A DNA stretch of 32,000 bases, taken from IMG/VR virus record IMGVR_UViG_3300045988_160728, positions 69,584 through 101,583 of that record. One strand, written 5' to 3'. The stretch comes from a virus. A program made the translations under genes and the position numbers. Below are positions 26,318 to 32,000 of the stretch, one piece after another. Position 1 is the stretch's first letter, and each line of letters begins with the position of its first letter. The notes beneath the pieces are model-generated. The model had not been told where the DNA came from, did not search any database, and saw nothing but the letters and a program-made list of their open reading frames with translations.

Positions 26318-26581
26318 CTACTCTCTAATTGTTTTATAATAACTTCCGAACCAGACATGTACCGGAGGATTTTTCGCCCCTGGCATTAAAGAACCACTTA
26401 CCATTTCCATAACCTGGCCAGAATCATTCCATCCATTTGATTCCATTTCTTTTTTATGTTCCATTCTTTCTTCTTTTGAGTCGTAATAATACTGTTCTAT
26501 AATCTCTGTGTACTTATCTACGCAGTTATCTCCATCCCACACAAATTTTGTTGTATTATCTTTCATTTTAATTCTTTTCAT
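26318..26581 (-). CDS. hypothetical protein
   Basis: 87 aa ORF. Confidence 0.55.
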   Translation of the reverse strand: MKRIKMKDNTTKFVWDGDNCVDKYTEIIEQYYYDSKEERMEHKKEMESNGWNDSGQVMEMVSGSLMPGAKNPPVHVWFGSYYKTIRE

Positions 26582-26618
26582 ATAATCATCTCCATTCTAT
26601 ATTAAAAACAACTTAATC

Positions 26619-26846
26619 TCATAACATTACCCATAGATTTCTCCCATAATATTCTCTTCTTATATGAGAAATATCATTGTCAATTTTTGATAACTCAATC
26701 TTTTCAAAAGTTACATTTTTGCAGCCATCCATAGTTCTGTTTCCAAATCTATTTTTAGTACATTCAATTCCATTTGATGATTCCTCAACCATAACAGAAG
26801 TCACTTCTCGTAAATGTTTGATTTTTTGTGTTTCTTCATATGTCAT
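26619..26846 (-). CDS. hypothetical protein
   Basis: 75 aa ORF. Confidence 0.5.
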   Translation of the reverse strand: MTYEETQKIKHLREVTSVMVEESSNGIECTKNRFGNRTMDGCKNVTFEKIELSKIDNDISHIRREYYGRNLWVML

Positions 26847-26893
26847 ATTATTCGCATCCTTTACAATGAAAGCAATTTTTCATTTACCTCATT

Positions 26894-27586
26894 CTATTCT
26901 TTAAAATCTACAGGATTTTCAAGTTTCAAAATCTCATCCCTGTGTTCTACCAACGCTACACTTGCAATAGCATTAATCTTGTTCTGACAGAATGATTCGA
27001 TTTCTCCTTTTGCTTCCATTACAGTTTTATCCATCTGTTCATTAAACGAATCAGCTATAAAATCCATATTACATCCAAGATCCATGCTTAATTTTCTAAG
27101 CTTAGATATTATAGATTCTTTATCTGCCTTTGTTAGTGCTTTTTTCTGAGAAAATAAATCGGTTACATCTTGGATTAACTGCTGTGATTCATTCATTGTA
27201 TCTTCTGTTTTACTTTTGAATTCATCAGCGAACTGTTTCCTTTTGCTGATAAAATCACATTCAGGAATTTTGCCATCTTTTTCTGTATATCTAATAGTAC
27301 AAGGTATTCCATTCCCTTGACCAAAAGATGTAATTGCCTCTGCAAACTGTGAATAACTCATCTCTATTTCTACAATAGGACTTTTACCATAAACCCAATC
27401 TCTATTTAATCCACGTTCTATATCAGCATGTTTTACTTCCATTGTAATCACGTTACTATGTTCAATACTACTTCCAAACAAACTTCTTTTACAACCGTTA
27501 GCTCTATTAAACATGATCGTTCCATATGCCGGATGGCTTGTTTTTGTTCCAAATTTTGTTTCTTCTACTTTATATTCTTTTTCCAT
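26894..27586 (-). CDS. hypothetical protein
   Basis: 230 aa ORF. Confidence 0.65.
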   Translation of the reverse strand: MEKEYKVEETKFGTKTSHPAYGTIMFNRANGCKRSLFGSSIEHSNVITMEVKHADIERGLNRDWVYGKSPIVEIEMSYSQFAEAITSFGQGNGIPCTIRYTEKDGKIPECDFISKRKQFADEFKSKTEDTMNESQQLIQDVTDLFSQKKALTKADKESIISKLRKLSMDLGCNMDFIADSFNEQMDKTVMEAKGEIESFCQNKINAIASVALVEHRDEILKLENPVDFKE

Positions 27587-27641
27587 ATATGTTACCTCAC
27601 TTCCTATTAGATTATTCTCCGTTTAAAGTAGGAATAAATCG

Positions 27642-27857
27642 TCATTTTATCTTGTCTGCTATTTCTCTAATTTTATCTGCGTTTAAAGGTGCTACTGCAT
27701 CTGCGAGCTTTCCTTTTGTTTCCTTATAATCTTTGCTATAAGGATCAAATCCAGAAAGACAACACCAATTATCTATTTCTTTTTTTAACTTTGCAACTTT
27801 AAAACATGCTTCATTTTGTTATTTAATTTTATTCTGTATATACTTGGGTATTTCCAT
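27642..27857 (-). pseudogene. small protein interrupted by in-frame TAA
   Basis: MEIPKYIQNKIK*QNEACFKVAKLKKEIDNWCCLSGFDPYSKDYKETKGKLADAVAPLNADKIREIADKIK*; TAA at 27819-27821. Confidence 0.45.
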
Positions 27858-27940
27858 ACGATTTATTCTCCTTTTCAACATCTGAAAGAAAGTTAATTTT
27901 GTCACCATTTAATTACATATTTTAGCTTTCCATCTTTAAA

Positions 27941-28071
27941 CTGATACGTTCTATTTCCGACTGTCACAAAATCATATTTATATTTTTTATTATTCATAAA
28001 AATACCTCTTATTTCAACGCACCAAGATTTCTCTTGTAACTACGTTCTACTCTACCCCATAATTCTTTCAA
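27941..28071 (-). repeat. diverged direct duplication, copy A
   Basis: Matches 29208-29337; encodes MNNKKYKYDFVTVGNRTYQF... and C-terminus ELWGRVERSYKRNLGAL. Confidence 0.7.
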
Positions 28072-28281
28072 GTAATTTTCTGCATCAACTTTAGCTTCAT
28101 CAATATTAGATGACTTCATTTTAACTTTTAATTCTGTCGCTGCATCAGTCAACTGAAAATCCTTATATCTTAATACTGCTACATTTTCACTTATTTCTTC
28201 GATGAATAATGCACTATTTTCTCCATATTCTTTCCCATTATTTTCGTTATGTATAATTTTAACTAATTTAATTGTTTTCAT
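28009..28281 (-). CDS. hypothetical protein
   Basis: 90 aa ORF. Confidence 0.55.
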   Translation of the reverse strand: MKTIKLVKIIHNENNGKEYGENSALFIEEISENVAVLRYKDFQLTDAATELKVKMKSSNIDEAKVDAENYLKELWGRVERSYKRNLGALK

Positions 28282-28474
28282 GTTGTTGTCTAATGTTCAT
28301 ACAACCAATCAAAGCAGAATTTAAGGACTCAAAAGATTTATTACTATCCTTATAATCAATATATCCATGCCATAAAAGTTTATTTGTAAAATTTCTTTCA
28401 AATTCAACAATCTGATAATTATCAATGCAATGTATATCAATTACTCTACCCCATGGAAATTCTTCTTTGATCAA
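28268..28474 (-). CDS. hypothetical protein, probably 5'-truncated call
   Basis: Track start is TTG; the same frame stays open upstream to about 28655 (...ESEVDIIKAGDIVKYKEIVGTVIHIGGDFAFRPINWDASNNLDIITEDYIEETTHEEKIK) without ATG/GTG/TTG. Confidence 0.45.
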   Translation of the reverse strand: MIKEEFPWGRVIDIHCIDNYQIVEFERNFTNKLLWHGYIDYKDSNKSFESLNSALIGCMNIRQQHENN

Positions 28475-28653
28475 TTTGATTTTTTCTTCGTGTGTTGTTT
28501 CTTCTATATAATCTTCAGTTATTATATCTAAATTATTAGATGCATCCCAATTGATAGGACGAAAAGCAAAATCTCCACCAATATGAATAACTGTTCCGAC
28601 TATCTCTTTATATTTTACAATGTCTCCAGCTTTTATAATATCTACCTCACTTT

Positions 28654-28857
28654 CTATGCTATCAATTCAGCATTTTCATCTATTTTAACAAACTCATTTT
28701 GCTTAAACTGTTCTAATGCTATATAAATTTCTGAAATAGACTTACACCAAACAGTATCTTCATATCCAACAAAATGTACACTGAAAATATTATCAGGATG
28801 CTCGAAGATATTATCTATAAGATTTCTGTCTTGTGTTTGCAATACAATTTTCGACAT
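28654..28857 (-). CDS. hypothetical protein
   Basis: 67 aa ORF. Confidence 0.55.
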   Translation of the reverse strand: MSKIVLQTQDRNLIDNIFEHPDNIFSVHFVGYEDTVWCKSISEIYIALEQFKQNEFVKIDENAELIA

Positions 28858-28880
28858 ATAAACATACCTCCAGTAAAAAT

Positions 28881-28993
28881 GTGGGCGACAGGACTCGAAC
28901 CTGTTCTTACTTCTGTCGGCTTGTTTCCGATTTACGAGACTTGCACTCGTTTTACCTCGTCATGTCAACGCCAGCTTATGCAAATACACCCAC
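28881..28993 (-). tRNA. noncanonical tRNA-like gene (isotype undetermined)
   Basis: 7-bp acceptor GTGGGTG/CGCCCAC (one G.U), T-arm ACAGG-TTCGAGT-CCTGT; middle is oversized (113 nt total). Confidence 0.5.
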
Positions 28994-29207
28994 TTAAAAC
29001 CGTCACTCTAAAATAATTCTTTTAAATGTTTTACCGTTAAGTCCTTGTATTCGTCTACATAATATTCATATCCCATATCTGAAAAAAGTTCTATTCTATC
29101 TAAATCAACTTTCAAATTACGAATTATATTCACAAATATCTCCTCTCTCCCTTTGAAAGTTAAATTTCATTACCATTTGATAATCCATTTTAATTTTCCG
29201 TTTACGA

Positions 29208-29337
29208 ACTGATATGTTTTATTTCCAACTGTCACAAAATCACATTTATATTTTCTATTATTCATAAGTACCTCTTTATTTTAATGTATCAAGATTTCTC
29301 TTATAATTACGTTCTACTCTACCCCATAACTCTTTCA
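29208..29337 (-). repeat. diverged direct duplication, copy B
   Basis: Matches 27941-28071; encodes MNNRKYKCDFVTVGNKTYQF... and ELWGRVERNYKRNLDTLK. Confidence 0.7.
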
Positions 29338-29406
29338 ACTCTCTATCTGTTTTATCTTTAAAGAAATTTTTCAAAAATAATCATCTCCTATCATAAAAAT
29401 TAAATC

Positions 29407-29679
29407 TTAGATTTGATGTGATTTTACATAATCCCAAGTTACAATTTCTGGTAGTTTATTGCATTTAAAAATTATAACATTTTTACACCATTGCCGAATT
29501 AACTCATTTGCCTTGATTTTACACTTCTTTAAATCGTTTCCAAAGTCGCTTATAATCCACGGTTCTATTTTAGAAAATCCATTATTATACTTATCATTAT
29601 AAGCAACTGAATATATTTCATTTTTCATAAAAGTATCCTCCTCTTCATGAAAACTTGGTTTCATTTTATTATTCTTCAA
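29407..29679 (-). CDS. hypothetical protein
   Basis: 90 aa ORF. Confidence 0.5.
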   Translation of the reverse strand: MKNNKMKPSFHEEEDTFMKNEIYSVAYNDKYNNGFSKIEPWIISDFGNDLKKCKIKANELIRQWCKNVIIFKCNKLPEIVTWDYVKSHQI

Positions 29680-29890
29680 ATTTTCTGTTATTTATAATAT
29701 CATATTTTCCATAATTCTGTTCAATTCCATTCCATAAAAATGTAAGTTTTCCATCTGGATATAGACTTATACAAGTATTCGTAACTAGATCTGGATTTTC
29801 TTTTGAATGATAATACATTCCACCTTTTTCATGTTCGTACATTTGTACATATGTATAACCGTCCAAATATATTTCTTTTGGATATTTCAT
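29669..29890 (-). CDS. hypothetical protein
   Basis: 73 aa ORF. Confidence 0.5.
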   Translation of the reverse strand: MKYPKEIYLDGYTYVQMYEHEKGGMYYHSKENPDLVTNTCISLYPDGKLTFLWNGIEQNYGKYDIINNRKFEE

Positions 29891-29979
29891 ATAATCACCT
29901 CAATATTATATTCTCTATTATATCAGAAAAGGAACTGCCTTACGACAATTCCAATTCAGTTTTTGAAACTATTATTTTT

Positions 29980-30294
29980 TCAGTCTACAAATTTCCCGAA
30001 CGGAGTGGCCGACCAGAATCCAGCATCATTCTGCCAAATACGTTCTCCTCTTTGTTTTGCTGCGTCTACCCCAGTAAGCCAAGTTAATTTATTTATCTGT
30101 AACGGCTGATCACAGCCTTTTAAAGCAATTACTTTTTCTTTCTTAATGTCTTTCAGATCTTCTACCTCATCACAAAGTGCATATTCCTGGTTGCACGTTC
30201 TCATTGCATCACACCACCATTTTCTCTGCATATTATAATGCCTCTCTTTCCATTTGAATATACTTATTAGTATTATACCATAATTATCATACAA
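29980..30294 (-). CDS. hypothetical protein
   Basis: 104 aa ORF; true start may be the internal MQRKWW. Confidence 0.5.
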   Translation of the reverse strand: MYDNYGIILISIFKWKERHYNMQRKWWCDAMRTCNQEYALCDEVEDLKDIKKEKVIALKGCDQPLQINKLTWLTGVDAAKQRGERIWQNDAGFWSATPFGKFVD

Positions 30295-30308
30295 CTGTAC
30301 AGATATTC

Positions 30309-31274
30309 TTATGCCGTTTCGCCTAACAGAATTTTTCTAAACAGGCTTTCAAAAATTGGAACACAAATACTATTGCCAGCCTGTTTATATAATGCTATTT
30401 TATATCTTCCTCGTTTCTGTTGTACAGATGCAGCTGCTTCATAATCCTGATCCGTATATCCCATAAGTCGCCAGCATTCTCTTTCTGTAAGATATCTATA
30501 CTTTCCATTATGTAAGTCAATTACCTGTGCAGGTGTCCGATCCTGGCGAGTCGTGATTGTATAAGCATATTGGTCAATTACAGTTGCTCTTCTAATTCCG
30601 GATGCGCCAATACATTCCAGAATGCTCGGTTGTGTTACCTCATATACTGGATCAACTTTCTGTTCCAAAAACTCGTGAATATCTCTCATTGGCGTTCTAA
30701 TCAAATCAGAAAAATCAAATTTCTTTCCTTTTAAACAACTTACAGTGAAATAGCGTTCTCTTGCTTGTGGAATACCAAACTCTCTTGCGTCTAATAGTTC
30801 ATATGTACTTGTATATCCAAGTTTACTTAATTCTTCCATATATCTGTCGTGATTATGCACCATATATTTACTTCTGACATTTTTAACATTTTCCCAAATC
30901 ACATATTTTGGTTTCCATTCTCCCATCTGTTTAATAATATTAATTGTTTCCCACATAAGACTCGATCTTGTCCCAGACCCTTCTTCTGCGCCAGCTCCAT
31001 GATTTGTTCTTCCATTTCCAGTAGCTGTGCCTTGATGCCCAGCGACAGACATATCCTGGCAAGGAGAACCATGTATCAGAATATCTGGACGAAGATTGTA
31101 TCCGACCACTGTTTGCGTTTTATACGAAAGATCTTTTGCGAACATTGCATTATATGATCTGACTGCTGCTTCGTCAATTTCAACATAATCAATTGATTTA
31201 ACAGGAATACCGATATTCCGTAATGCGCACCGTGGACTTCCAATTCCACCGAATAATTCTAAAATTTGTACCAT
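30309..31274 (-). CDS. C5-cytosine DNA methyltransferase
   Basis: LELFGGIGSPRCAL, HGSPCQDMSVAG, VIWENVKNVRSKY, RQAGNSICVPIFE-type motifs. Confidence 0.92.
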   Translation of the reverse strand: MVQILELFGGIGSPRCALRNIGIPVKSIDYVEIDEAAVRSYNAMFAKDLSYKTQTVVGYNLRPDILIHGSPCQDMSVAGHQGTATGNGRTNHGAGAEEGSGTRSSLMWETINIIKQMGEWKPKYVIWENVKNVRSKYMVHNHDRYMEELSKLGYTSTYELLDAREFGIPQARERYFTVSCLKGKKFDFSDLIRTPMRDIHEFLEQKVDPVYEVTQPSILECIGASGIRRATVIDQYAYTITTRQDRTPAQVIDLHNGKYRYLTERECWRLMGYTDQDYEAAASVQQKRGRYKIALYKQAGNSICVPIFESLFRKILLGETA

Positions 31275-31331
31275 AATAATTTCCTTTCTTATATAAGGCG
31301 GTAAACAGGAAGTCTACCGCCTCGTTGATGT

Positions 31332-31982
31332 TTAGATAATATTTTTCATGATTTCTACAGATTCTTTTTGTGCTTTTTCTTCCATTCCTCTTACATATAA
31401 CAGCGTTGTATTAATTGATGCATGATGTAAATTTTTCTGTACAAGCACAATATCACCCGTTGCGTTGTACAATGTAGTACCATATGTTGCCCTTAGTTTA
31501 TGTGGACTAATTGTTTTTCCTTTTATATTACAAGCATATTTTTTTGTAATATCTGAAATTGCACTTGTTGACAATCTCTTCCCGGTTTTCCCAAGAAATA
31601 GAGCCGGTGTATCGCATACTGTTACAAGTTGATCTCTGTATGATAACCATTTCTGCAATTCATCCAAAACTTTCGGAATTAAAATGAATGTATGAACTTT
31701 TTTCCCCTTGTCTGTTACAATCAAAGTTCCTTTATCCATATTTAAGTTTTCTATATCCATATTAGATAACGCTGCACAACGCACACCTGTAGAAAGGAAA
31801 AGTTTTATGACTGCAATATCCCTTTGTGACCAAATAGCTGATGGTTTTCTTGTTTTTCCTGTTAGCTTATGATCAACATTATAAAGATACGTTTGTGTTT
31901 CTTCTAGTGTCAAATAGCTCTTTTCTCTTCTTTCTATTGTTCTCTGTTGCTCTCTCTTTTTTGGCTTCGCAATTTCTTCCAT
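31332..31982 (-). CDS. tyrosine recombinase/integrase (C-terminal catalytic domain; 5' end may extend past the window)
   Basis: LSTGVRCAALSNMDIENL, ISPHKLRATYGTTLY, VQKNLHHASINTTLLYVRG: R-HxxR-H-Y layout. Confidence 0.85.
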   Translation of the reverse strand: MEEIAKPKKREQQRTIERREKSYLTLEETQTYLYNVDHKLTGKTRKPSAIWSQRDIAVIKLFLSTGVRCAALSNMDIENLNMDKGTLIVTDKGKKVHTFILIPKVLDELQKWLSYRDQLVTVCDTPALFLGKTGKRLSTSAISDITKKYACNIKGKTISPHKLRATYGTTLYNATGDIVLVQKNLHHASINTTLLYVRGMEEKAQKESVEIMKNII

Positions 31983-32000
31983 ATAATTTTTCGAAAAAAT

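Noticed and set aside
25962-27821. Stop-codon reassignment as explanation for interrupted ORFs
   Set aside because: Two different stops (TGA and TAA) are involved, and confidently called genes such as nadE end in TGA, so decay or error is simpler.
30309-31274. C5 methyltransferase as part of a restriction-modification system
   Set aside because: No restriction endonuclease candidate is adjacent in the window; an orphan phage methyltransferase is the conservative reading.

Overview
The window is AT-rich. Almost every gene I trust lies on the minus strand, in tightly packed and often overlapping cistrons: many small hypotheticals, a C5 DNA methyltransferase, a tyrosine recombinase, a sigma-like factor, DUF262/ParB-like proteins and Zn-ribbon miniproteins. 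This looks like a large Firmicutes (Clostridia-like) phage or phage-like element; that assignment is inference, since no capsid, portal or terminase gene is visible. The main finding is an IscB-family gene (16881-18428, minus; PLMP-like N-terminus, split RuvC, Arg-rich bridge helix, HNH). Directly upstream is a two-repeat, one-spacer CRISPR mini-array: 36-nt repeats at 18671-18706 and 18737-18772, 35/36 identical, with a 30-nt spacer. Between array and iscB lie about 240 nt that contain a 15-nt anti-repeat (18643-18657, one G.U), an 11-bp closing stem and several hairpins. This fits a CRISPR-associated IscB with a cis-encoded omegaRNA/tracrRNA-like scaffold. No cas1, cas2 or cas9 is visible. 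Other points of interest: (1) an NAD+ salvage cassette (macro domain, NAMPT, PRPP synthetase, nicotinamidase, NAD synthetase) that may serve metabolism or counter NAD-depleting defences; (2) a candidate plus-strand sRNA with terminator and two GCTCCAAC loops at about 22621-22760, facing a minus-strand promoter with a LexA-like palindrome; (3) a MazF-like gene divergent from an XRE regulator across iterated TATCTTTAT motifs; (4) a structured element at 16565-16683 closed by a 12-bp inverted repeat; (5) a 113-nt noncanonical tRNA-like gene; (6) several decayed or duplicated small ORFs. All calls are by eye from sequence, with no database search or folding software.
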